From: Patescibacteria group bacterium
Lineage (GTDB): Bacteria > Patescibacteriota > Patescibacteriia > UBA9934
Direction of reading: 5' to 3'
DNA: 64,000 nt
NCBI GenBank assembly: GCA_041659765.1
Contig: JBAZXR010000001.1
Coordinates: forward strand, 531,338-595,337
Numbering within the stretch: the stretch's first letter is position 1; every line of letters starts with the position of its first letter. This document shows positions 56,146 to 64,000 of the stretch, one piece after another. The notes below the pieces were generated by a model that worked only from the letters and a program-made list of their open reading frames with translations, was not told the DNA's origin and searched no databases. Made by a program: the position numbers and the translations under genes.

Positions 56146-57228
56146 ATGGATTTCGCTTCGGCAATTGCCGTGAAAAGACAAGAATTTCAGAAGCTTGAAC
56201 AGGCCCTCATGGACCCGGCTGTTTTGGCTGACCGTAAAAAGTTGAAGGAAACCAACCAGGCTTACCAGGGCATGCGCAAAACCATGGAAGCTGCGGCGGC
56301 CTACGAGAAAGTCGCAAATGACCTCGATGGCGCAAAGAAGACCCTCCATGATACGGATCCAGACATGCGAGCAATGGCAGAGGCCGAAGTCGCAGAACTA
56401 GAACCTAAGTTGCCCGCACTTGAACGTACCCTCGAACTTGAACTCGTGCCAAAAGACCCAATTGACGAGAACGACGCTATTGTGGAAATCCGTGCTGGCG
56501 CAGGAGGAGATGAAGCTGCACTTTTTGCATCTGAACTTTTCCGCATGTATGTGCGCTATGCAGAACGCCACGGCTGGAAGGCGAGCGTTATCTCTCAGAG
56601 CCAGAGCGACTTGGGCGGTTTCAAAGAGGTAATCTTCGAGATCGGGGGTCCAGGTGCATACGGTACAATGAAACTTGAAAGTGGAGTTCATCGCGTACAG
56701 CGCGTGCCGGATACGGAGAAAGCTGGTCGAGTTCACACCTCAACAATTACCGTCGCCGTTCTTCCTAAACTTGAGGAGGAAGACTTCGAGCTCAATCCGA
56801 AGGACCTCACCATCGAAGCGACCACGTCGCAGGGAGCTGGCGGACAGAGCGTGAACACCACATATTCCGCATGTCGCATTGTCCACGTGCCAACGGGTCT
56901 CACGGTGCACTGTCAGGACGAACGTTCGTTCTCCCAGAACCGCGAACGTGCCTTATCGGTTCTCCGCGCCCGTGTGTATGCCGCCGAGCAGGAAAAGAAG
57001 CGTGCCGCCCTGGAAGCCGAACGCCGAGGACAGATTGGAACGGGTGATCGATCGGAGAAAATCCGCACATATAACTTTCCTCAGGACCGCATTACCGACC
57101 ACCGTCTGAAGCAGTCATGGCACGGCCTTCCAGGAATCATGGACGGAGATATTGAGGATATTATCGAAGCCCTCCGTCTGGCCAGCCGAGATGAGAAGTT
57201 TGGAGCGATTATCGAGGATGAAGAGTAA
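56146..57228 (+). CDS. prfA: Peptide chain release factor 1
   Basis: PDT (PxT) and GGQ motifs; followed by prmC. Confidence 0.95.
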   Translation: MDFASAIAVKRQEFQKLEQALMDPAVLADRKKLKETNQAYQGMRKTMEAAAAYEKVANDLDGAKKTLHDTDPDMRAMAEAEVAELEPKLPALERTLELELVPKDPIDENDAIVEIRAGAGGDEAALFASELFRMYVRYAERHGWKASVISQSQSDLGGFKEVIFEIGGPGAYGTMKLESGVHRVQRVPDTEKAGRVHTSTITVAVLPKLEEEDFELNPKDLTIEATTSQGAGGQSVNTTYSACRIVHVPTGLTVHCQDERSFSQNRERALSVLRARVYAAEQEKKRAALEAERRGQIGTGDRSEKIRTYNFPQDRITDHRLKQSWHGLPGIMDGDIEDIIEALRLASRDEKFGAIIEDEE

Positions 57229-57235
57229 TCAGGAC

Positions 57236-57315
57236 GTCTCCACTCTGAGCCATGCGAAGAGTCCGACCCTCAGAGGGGAAAGTCGGATCCTTCGCTCTCG
57301 CTCAGGATGGAGACA
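57236..57315. repeat. Miniature palindromic doublet of the GIY-YIG-flanking family
   Basis: Near reverse complement of 8431-8506; GTCTCC...GGAGAC ends. Confidence 0.85.
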
Positions 57316-57324
57316 CTCGATCAC

Positions 57325-58230
57325 ATGACCATCTTCGAAGCACTAACGGTTGGTGCTGACAGACTCAAATCGACTCAGCACGAAAAACTACAGGCGCCGG
57401 GGAGCCCCAAGCTCGACGCGCAAGTTTTGCTTTCGTTTGTGCTCGGCAAACCATCGAGCTATCTGTTTGCACATGGAGACGATGCTGTCGATGCGCCCGC
57501 ACTCGACCGGTACCTCGCATTCATCGAACGGCGCATAACGCATGAACCGATTGCGTACATCACGGGCGAAAAAGAATTCTTCAAGCGTCCATTCATCGTG
57601 ACACCGGCAACATTAATCCCTCGACCCGACACGGAGGTTCTCGTCGAAGAAGCATTGAAGGCCGCTAAGCCAGACTCGGTCTTTCTCGACATCGGCACGG
57701 GCAGCGGTGCGATCGCAATTACGCTCGCAGCAGAATCTTCGAGCGGGGTCTTCGCGACGGACATTTCAGCCGAGGCACTCGACGTTGCAGTGCGTAATGC
57801 AAACAAACTCGGCGTTGCTGACCGTGTCATATTCCTGCATGGCGACCTGCTTAAACCATTCATCGAGAAGCTCAGAGAATGGAAAGATAAGGCTAGTATT
57901 CCTTCCCTCATTATCACGGCAAATCTTCCCTACATCGCCCGCCGACAATACGAAGGGCTAGACCCAGACGTGCTCAACTTTGAACCAAAAAGCGCGCTCC
58001 TCGCAGGAATTGACGGGCTTGATCTCTACGATCAATTGCTCGACGAACTCTACGAATCACGCGCTCTTTTCCCAGCCGACCTTCAATTACTTATCGAGAT
58101 CGATCCCTCGCAAGCATTTTCTGCCGAACGCTTGATCAAACACTACTTCCCGAAAGCGTCGATCTCACTTATTGCTGATTTGTCACGTCAACCGCGGGTG
58201 CTTTTGGCTGTGATTCCGACACGTTCTTAA
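57325..58230 (+). CDS. prmC: Release factor glutamine methyltransferase
   Basis: LIPRPDTE, D.GTGSG and NLPY motifs. Confidence 0.93.
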   Translation: MTIFEALTVGADRLKSTQHEKLQAPGSPKLDAQVLLSFVLGKPSSYLFAHGDDAVDAPALDRYLAFIERRITHEPIAYITGEKEFFKRPFIVTPATLIPRPDTEVLVEEALKAAKPDSVFLDIGTGSGAIAITLAAESSSGVFATDISAEALDVAVRNANKLGVADRVIFLHGDLLKPFIEKLREWKDKASIPSLIITANLPYIARRQYEGLDPDVLNFEPKSALLAGIDGLDLYDQLLDELYESRALFPADLQLLIEIDPSQAFSAERLIKHYFPKASISLIADLSRQPRVLLAVIPTRS

Positions 58231-59329
58231 GGTCAGGAACAACTTCCATCCAGGTCTTTCCGGCGTTCATAGCAATTTCTGAACCTCCAAGGTCAATAAA
58301 GCGTAGGCGGTCAGTCCGCTCGTGTTTTACCCATCTTGCCTCAAGACCCTGCTCACCGTTCTGATACACAAGCGCCAGCGACTCACCCTCCCCCGTTGTG
58401 CGAATATGGCGTCGACCAGTGGAGTCCACAACAGAAATATCACTTGCAAAAACGATGACGTTATTTGCCGTGATGTTTGCGCCCGAGCTGGTCTTCATCA
58501 TCTGTTTGCCCTGGTAGCGAATATACAAATTCGTAGCTTTGTCATACTCCCACGTCACGTCATACGTTGAGCCGCTCTCCCAGTCGATCACCGGTGAGAT
58601 CTCCTTGCCAGAGGCCTCTCCGTCAACAAACAACCACGACGTGTAGGCCTTCGTACTCCTACCAATCTCGTCTAACGAACTCATGAGCAGATCCATCGAC
58701 GTGTAGACGTTATGCGGAGCAAAGCGCCCCACATTATCGCGCCAGAAATATTCGCTCTGGAAAAACTGGTCAAAATCACGCGTCGTTCCATTCTTATGAA
58801 TGAGGTCGAGTGCCTCTGGGCTGCCGCCAACGTGTGCGTAAATAGATTCAAACTCATCTGCCCAGTCCAAGTAATACGGACGAGCCGAACGTACTGGACC
58901 GATCTTCTTTGAAACCGCTCCTTCCTCAAAGAAGGTGATGAACCGCGGAATATTTCCTTCCACTGGTGCTTCAATCACAAAGAACGCCTGGTCAAGTCCA
59001 GACAACGGCCACGCTTCATACGAGTTCTCGATCATGACAGCAAATACTTGTGGAAGCGTGGTGAGAGGTGCGGGAATAACAAGGCCGGTCAAGGGATCCC
59101 GAGGGAACGCATCAGCCGATTCAGCGATGACCGGTACCGGAGCGATCTTGGCGGTAAATGACCGTCTGATCACGAGCGCAGAAACGCCAACGGTCATGAT
59201 GGCCACGATCGCTAACACCGGAAGAACGCGTGACCAGCTGGCTTTCCTAGCGACGCCAACAAAAGCGCCCCGCAATTCCGGGATAGTCTGTTTAAAACGT
59301 CCTTTAATATATTTGAGTCGGGATTGCAT
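58169..59329 (-). CDS. DUF3048 membrane-anchored protein
   Basis: VMIEN, EG.I.RF, GPVRSAR and APHN motifs. Confidence 0.88.
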   Translation of the reverse strand: MQSRLKYIKGRFKQTIPELRGAFVGVARKASWSRVLPVLAIVAIMTVGVSALVIRRSFTAKIAPVPVIAESADAFPRDPLTGLVIPAPLTTLPQVFAVMIENSYEAWPLSGLDQAFFVIEAPVEGNIPRFITFFEEGAVSKKIGPVRSARPYYLDWADEFESIYAHVGGSPEALDLIHKNGTTRDFDQFFQSEYFWRDNVGRFAPHNVYTSMDLLMSSLDEIGRSTKAYTSWLFVDGEASGKEISPVIDWESGSTYDVTWEYDKATNLYIRYQGKQMMKTSSGANITANNVIVFASDISVVDSTGRRHIRTTGEGESLALVYQNGEQGLEARWVKHERTDRLRFIDLGGSEIAMNAGKTWMEVVPDLKNVSESQPKAPAVDVTNQQ

Positions 59330-59393
59330 AGGTCTTATTTAGTATACCAATTGAAAATCCCCCTTCGCCAAGCTTCCGGGGGACTTTCTTTGC

Positions 59394-60101
59394 TTACTTT
59401 TTGTCTGACTTTTCTTTCTTCTCTGGCTTTGCGTCAGCCGGAGCAGCACCTTCAGCACCAGGTTCTTCTTTCTTCTCTGTAAGAACCTCTACCTTGGACA
59501 CGTCAGTGTCAACGGCTGCATCAAGAGCGGCCATTTCAGCTTCAGAACGAGGCGGCTGAACCGTAGCTACAGTTTGCTCGGCCCAGGTCTTGACTTCAAT
59601 ACCTTCTGGCAACTTCACATTCTTCACGCGGATCATATCATCAAAGGTCACAAGAGCGGAGATATCTACCTCGATCTCATGCACGAGCGCATCTGGAAGA
59701 GAGAGCACTTCCACTTCCTCCAAGGACTGAACGAGGGTACCACCGAGAGTTTTCACGGCTGGCGCTTCGCCCACGAGCTTGAGTGGAATCTTGGCTTCAA
59801 TCTTGCGCTTCAAGTCCACGCGGCGGAAGTCCACATGCGTGAAAAAGTCCGTGAGAACGTTGCGCTGAATGTCAGCAATAAGCACTGGGTGCGTCTTGCC
59901 ATCAATCTCCAGGTCAACGACCATGGATTCGCCGGCCTTAGCGTAAATTTTATTAAAGGCGTTGCGGTCAACGGTCACAGAGACCGGAGCCGTTACTTCG
60001 AAACCGTACATAACTCCTGGAACTTTTCCTTCAGCGCGAAGGATATTCGTCTTTCGGCCCTTCTCCTGTCGGAGCCCGGCGGTAATTTGAGCGTGTTGCA
60101 T
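59394..60101 (-). CDS. rplY: 50S ribosomal protein L25/Ctc
   Basis: LR.EGKVPGV.YG and HVDF motifs. Confidence 0.93.
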   Translation of the reverse strand: MQHAQITAGLRQEKGRKTNILRAEGKVPGVMYGFEVTAPVSVTVDRNAFNKIYAKAGESMVVDLEIDGKTHPVLIADIQRNVLTDFFTHVDFRRVDLKRKIEAKIPLKLVGEAPAVKTLGGTLVQSLEEVEVLSLPDALVHEIEVDISALVTFDDMIRVKNVKLPEGIEVKTWAEQTVATVQPPRSEAEMAALDAAVDTDVSKVEVLTEKKEEPGAEGAAPADAKPEKKEKSDKK

Positions 60102-60141
60102 AGTGGCGGTATTTTACTGATTTCTGCGGAGAAGTCAAGCC

Positions 60142-61215
60142 TTATCCCCTAGTTTTAGACGCCACGCTCTCAACCATACCCAAGAGAGCCAAAGAAAGCA
60201 TAAGCGAGGTGCCGCCGTAGCTAACCAAAGGAAGCGGGATGCCCGTAGCGGGCATGAGGGCTAGGTTCGCCCCCACATGAATGACGATTTGCATGAAAAA
60301 GAGAGCTAGCACTCCTATAACAAGGTAAGAGCCGAAGAAATCCCGGCCCCTGTAAGCTAATAGGAGCATGCGAGAAAGAAGGAGGAGAAACCCGCCAAAA
60401 AGCAGCATGATGCCCACAAACCCTAACTCCTCTCCAATAACCGCAAAGATAAAGTCTGACTGACTCTCAGGAAGGAATCGAAGCTGGCTCTGGCTCCCCC
60501 CGCCAAGACCTCGACCAATGATGCCACCGGAACCGATGGCCACCAGCGCCTGCGTCACGTTGTAGCCGGAACCCTGAGGATCAGAAGCGGGATTCATAAA
60601 AGTCAGAATGCGTTCGCGCTGGTAGCTAGCAAACAAGGCAAACCAGCCGATCAAAAATCCGCCGAGTAGAATTCCGGAAACTGTAGCGACGTGCTGGGCA
60701 CGCAAGCCGGCAAAAAAAGCCATCACAAACCAGATACCACACAACAAAAGCGCACTGCCAAAGTCTGGTTGTAGTAGGACGAGAAATACAGGAAGGCCGA
60801 GGCGAATACCACTCCCAAAAAATTCTCGCCAAGCGAATGGTCTCTCGGCGTCGTCAGCGAAATACCGGGCGAGCTCCAGAATAAGGCCAAGCTTCATAAT
60901 CTCCACCGGCTGAAAAGCGAATCCGCCAACAATGTACCAACCTGTCGTACCGTTCAACGTCGAGCCGAGCACAAAGAGACCAAGGAGCGAGAGAACTCCC
61001 ACGCCATACATAATGCGGGCGTACGAACGAAAAATTTGATAATTCGCCCGAGCGGCGAGCACGGCAACGACTAAGCCGAGAACAAGTGCGATCAGCTGCT
61101 TCTCGACGAACGCCGAATGTCCGCCACGAGACAACTCGACGGAAGCAATAGCCGCAATGCCAATAGAAAAAAGCAAAAAACCCGCAAGCACTAATAGCCA
61201 ATCAAAGCGGCGCAT
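60142..61215 (-). CDS. rodA: SEDS family peptidoglycan polymerase RodA
   Basis: QP.E..K, QPD.GSA, LPE..SDFIF and TGIPLP.VSYGG motifs. Confidence 0.9.
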   Translation of the reverse strand: MRRFDWLLVLAGFLLFSIGIAAIASVELSRGGHSAFVEKQLIALVLGLVVAVLAARANYQIFRSYARIMYGVGVLSLLGLFVLGSTLNGTTGWYIVGGFAFQPVEIMKLGLILELARYFADDAERPFAWREFFGSGIRLGLPVFLVLLQPDFGSALLLCGIWFVMAFFAGLRAQHVATVSGILLGGFLIGWFALFASYQRERILTFMNPASDPQGSGYNVTQALVAIGSGGIIGRGLGGGSQSQLRFLPESQSDFIFAVIGEELGFVGIMLLFGGFLLLLSRMLLLAYRGRDFFGSYLVIGVLALFFMQIVIHVGANLALMPATGIPLPLVSYGGTSLMLSLALLGMVESVASKTRG

Positions 61216-61227
61216 ACTCTGCCTCTT

Positions 61228-62136
61228 TTACTCTCCTAGCGGATTCATGTAAACGCCGTCATCAAAAAAGTTTATGGCCGGGGTAATTTTTACGCCGGCT
61301 CCGGCTGGAACGGGCTGAAACCACCTGACGCTTACAGGCCTAGACTCGCCGGCCATGAAAGATGAAACCGTAACCTCCTGAATGGCAACCGGATTACCAC
61401 CGCGAACTAATTGAATAATAAATTTTGGTTCCCAATAGCTATAGGCGGTACGATTTTCCACCGTAAAATCCGTCCGAGCTACTGCGCTCTTCCCAATCAC
61501 AATATCAGCGGCCGAAACAATATTAGAGACAGGAAACTCATTGTGGTTGGTCAGAAAGGCAGCCGTATCCGCAATCAGATGACGATTAACTCTGTGCCAA
61601 ACGATATCTCTGAGGACAATCTGTGGATTCTTAGCTAGGCTGTCTGTTTTTACATGAAGCACAGTCAGCGGCCGGGATTCGCCGGGATTCAAAAAACTGA
61701 TCACTGGCTCTGTTTCACCGCCATCATAAGAAAAGGCGTAAGAAAAAGTTACATACCACTCGCTATTTGGGTTAGTCGCGTCAGCCAGGAAGTCTGTGGT
61801 TCCAGTGTCTCCGGCCAAGGCCTTAGCATTACCCACCTCCAGCGACTCGGCGGCCTGAGCCAAAACGAGCGCATGGGTGTTGCCACTGTTCGCTAACATC
61901 CCCGCCGCCTGTCTGGAATCGGCAAAACTGCCAGAAATTATGTAGACCGGTACGGTGGCCACGAAAATGATCAGCAAAATCACATCTGCCATGCCCCACA
62001 GAATAATCCCCCACTGTTTTATTTTGGGCGCAGCCTCAAGAATGGTCACGTCCCGGCGGTACGCGCCCTCAATAGCCCTATACTCGCCCGCCAACGGATT
62101 TGGGGGAACGGTTTTTTCGTTCGCCTGCTCAGCCAT
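61228..62136 (-). CDS. Membrane-anchored hypothetical protein
   Basis: One TM followed by beta-rich domains. Confidence 0.7.
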   Translation of the reverse strand: MAEQANEKTVPPNPLAGEYRAIEGAYRRDVTILEAAPKIKQWGIILWGMADVILLIIFVATVPVYIISGSFADSRQAAGMLANSGNTHALVLAQAAESLEVGNAKALAGDTGTTDFLADATNPNSEWYVTFSYAFSYDGGETEPVISFLNPGESRPLTVLHVKTDSLAKNPQIVLRDIVWHRVNRHLIADTAAFLTNHNEFPVSNIVSAADIVIGKSAVARTDFTVENRTAYSYWEPKFIIQLVRGGNPVAIQEVTVSSFMAGESRPVSVRWFQPVPAGAGVKITPAINFFDDGVYMNPLGE

Positions 62137-62243
62137 ATTTCATCAAACATTTTACCACATCCCGGGGTTGTTCGGCATCCGTTAACGTGATACGATGGAC
62201 GCCGAACGAGGGTCGACACCTGGGTCGACCCCTACCTCAAAAT

Positions 62244-64000
62244 ATGGCCTCAAAACCCGACGCAAAATCATCCGACTACAGCGCGAAAAATATTACAGTC
62301 CTGGAGGGACTTGATCCGGTGCGCAAGCGCCCGGGCATGTACATTGGCTCAACCGGCCCCGAAGGTCTCCACCATCTTATTTGGGAGGTGGTAGACAACT
62401 GTTTTGATGAAGCCATGGCCGGCCACGCCTCCATGATCACTGTCCATGTCCAACCGGACAACTGGATTAGTGTTGAAGATGACGGCCGCGGTATCCCTGT
62501 AGACATTCACCCCGAGCAAAAGATTTCGGCTCTCGAACTTGTCCTGACCAAGCTGCACGCCGGAGGTAAATTTGGTGGCGAAGCTTCTGGATATAAGGTG
62601 TCTGGTGGTTTGCACGGTGTTGGCGTATCTGTCGTGAACGCACTTTCCGATCATCTGAAGGCCGAGGTTCATCGCGACGGCGAAATTTGGGTGCAGGAAT
62701 ATAAGAAAGGCATCCCAGTAGCAAAAGTGAAGGCTATTGGCAAAACCAAAAAGCGCGGAACCATCATCAGTTTTCACGCTGACAAAACAATTTTTGAGTC
62801 TATCGAGTTCAAGCTCGACACTATCATTGACCACTTGCGCCAGCAGGCATATCTAACCGCCGGGATTCACCTTGAAATTATCGACGAAACCGGCGCCACA
62901 CCAAAGCCCTACGGCTTCTTCTTTGAAGGAGGCGTAGCCTCATACGTTCGCCATCTTAACGAACGCAAAGAGGCCAAGCACCCGAGCGTGTTCTACGTGC
63001 ACAAGGCCGTAGAAAACTGTGATGTCGAAGTCGCCTTGCAATACACGACGGAGTACCACGAGAGCGTGTATTGTTACGCAAACAACATCGTGAACCCTGA
63101 AGGCGGTACCCACATGAACGGCTTTAAAACCGCGCTCACTCGCGTCTTGAATAGCTACGCACGCGTGAAGGGTTATCTCAAAGAGAAAGACCCAAGCCTG
63201 ACTGGCGATGATGCTCGAGAAGGCCTGACGGCAGTGATCAGCGTCAAGATTCCTGAACCGCAGTTTGAAGGTCAAACCAAGGGCAAACTTGGCAACCAGG
63301 AAGTAAAAACCGCGGTTGACGCCGTCTTTGGCGAAGCGCTCCAAATTTTCCTAGAGGAACACCCGCGTGATGCCGAAGAAATAATCGGTAAATGTTTATT
63401 GTCCGCTCGTGCCCGCGCGGCTGCCCGCGCCGCCCGCGATACCGTACTCCGTAAGGGTGTGCTCGACGGCCTGACTCTTCCCGGTAAGTTATCCGACTGC
63501 TCAAGCAAAGACTCCACGAGCACCGAGCTATTCATCGTTGAGGGAGACTCCGCAGGCGGCTCAGCTAAACAAGCTCGCAACCGCGAGTTCCAAGCCATTC
63601 TTCCTCTGCGCGGTAAAATCCTGAACGTTGAACGCGCTCGGCTCGATAAACTCCTGGCCAACAATGAAGTAAAGAACCTGGTCATTGCGCTCGGTACAAA
63701 CATCGGCGAAGCTTTTGACATTACGGCCATGAGATATGGCCGAGTAGTCATCATGACCGACGCTGACGTGGACGGCGCGCACATTCGCACACTTCTGTTG
63801 ACGCTCTTCTATCGTCACTTCCCACAACTAGTTAGCAACGGCAACATCTACATTGCCATGCCTCCACTCTTCCGAATCCAAGTTGGCAAGGAAGTTCGCT
63901 ATGCCTTCGCCGAAGAGGAAAAAATTCAGTTCGTCAAAGAAATGACCGGCGGCAAGGGCGAAGAAGCGCTAAAAAATCATGGCGAGACCACACCGCTTGA
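62244..64000 (+). CDS. gyrB: DNA gyrase subunit B, runs off the window end
   Basis: Manual translation MASKPDAKSSDYSAKNITVLEGLDPVRKRPGMYIG...EGDSAGG...PLRGK...DADVDG. Confidence 0.95.
   Translation, partial: MASKPDAKSSDYSAKNITVLEGLDPVRKRPGMYIGSTGPEGLHHLIWEVVDNCFDEAMAGHASMITVHVQPDNWISVEDDGRGIPVDIHPEQKISALELVLTKLHAGGKFGGEASGYKVSGGLHGVGVSVVNALSDHLKAEVHRDGEIWVQEYKKGIPVAKVKAIGKTKKRGTIISFHADKTIFESIEFKLDTIIDHLRQQAYLTAGIHLEIIDETGATPKPYGFFFEGGVASYVRHLNERKEAKHPSVFYVHKAVENCDVEVALQYTTEYHESVYCYANNIVNPEGGTHMNGFKTALTRVLNSYARVKGYLKEKDPSLTGDDAREGLTAVISVKIPEPQFEGQTKGKLGNQEVKTAVDAVFGEALQIFLEEHPRDAEEIIGKCLLSARARAAARAARDTVLRKGVLDGLTLPGKLSDCSSKDSTSTELFIVEGDSAGGSAKQARNREFQAILPLRGKILNVERARLDKLLANNEVKNLVIALGTNIGEAFDITAMRYGRVVIMTDADVDGAHIRTLLLTLFYRHFPQLVSNGNIYIAMPPLFRIQVGKEVRYAFAEEEKIQFVKEMTGGKGEEALKNHGETTPL

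Noticed and set aside
58169-58230. 62-bp convergent overlap of prmC and the DUF3048 gene
   Set aside because: Tail overlaps are ordinary in compact genomes; no sign of function.
62276-63827. Several minus-strand ORFs
   Set aside because: Shadows of gyrB, which the ORF track missed because it runs off the window.
1-64000. Alternative genetic code (TGA = Gly), tRNA or rRNA genes
   Set aside because: Conserved genes end at TGA with normal lengths; no cloverleaf or rRNA signatures were seen.

Overview
64 kb of a bacterial chromosome using genetic code 11 (TGA is a stop). By inference it is a Patescibacteria/CPR genome, possibly Uhrbacteria-like: genes are tightly packed and mostly lack a Shine-Dalgarno site, there are GAGC-motif exported proteins, and there is a CPR-type large surface protein. 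In order it holds an envelope-glycosylation cluster (rmlB, GT2, GT4, GT-C-like, DUF2304), an S8 protease, a Cys/Asp-repeat protein, an ECF sigma/DUF5667/surface-protein operon, a 6.8 kb Rhs toxin-immunity island bounded by a 38-bp direct repeat, lexA-dinB, eno/pgk/gap, translation genes, rodA and the start of gyrB. No tRNA, rRNA or CRISPR array was seen. Three unexplained signals stand out. (1) Self-contained single-gene cassettes carry a sigma70 promoter, a shared motif at the predicted transcript start, an SD and a conserved covarying 3' stem-loop; two of them encode free-standing RNA polymerase alpha-CTD paralogs. (2) A GIY-YIG nuclease sits inside the same palindromic ends as empty miniature copies elsewhere in the window. 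(3) At least four palindrome families are inserted in frame in protein-coding genes. All family assignments come from reading motifs by eye; no database searches were run.
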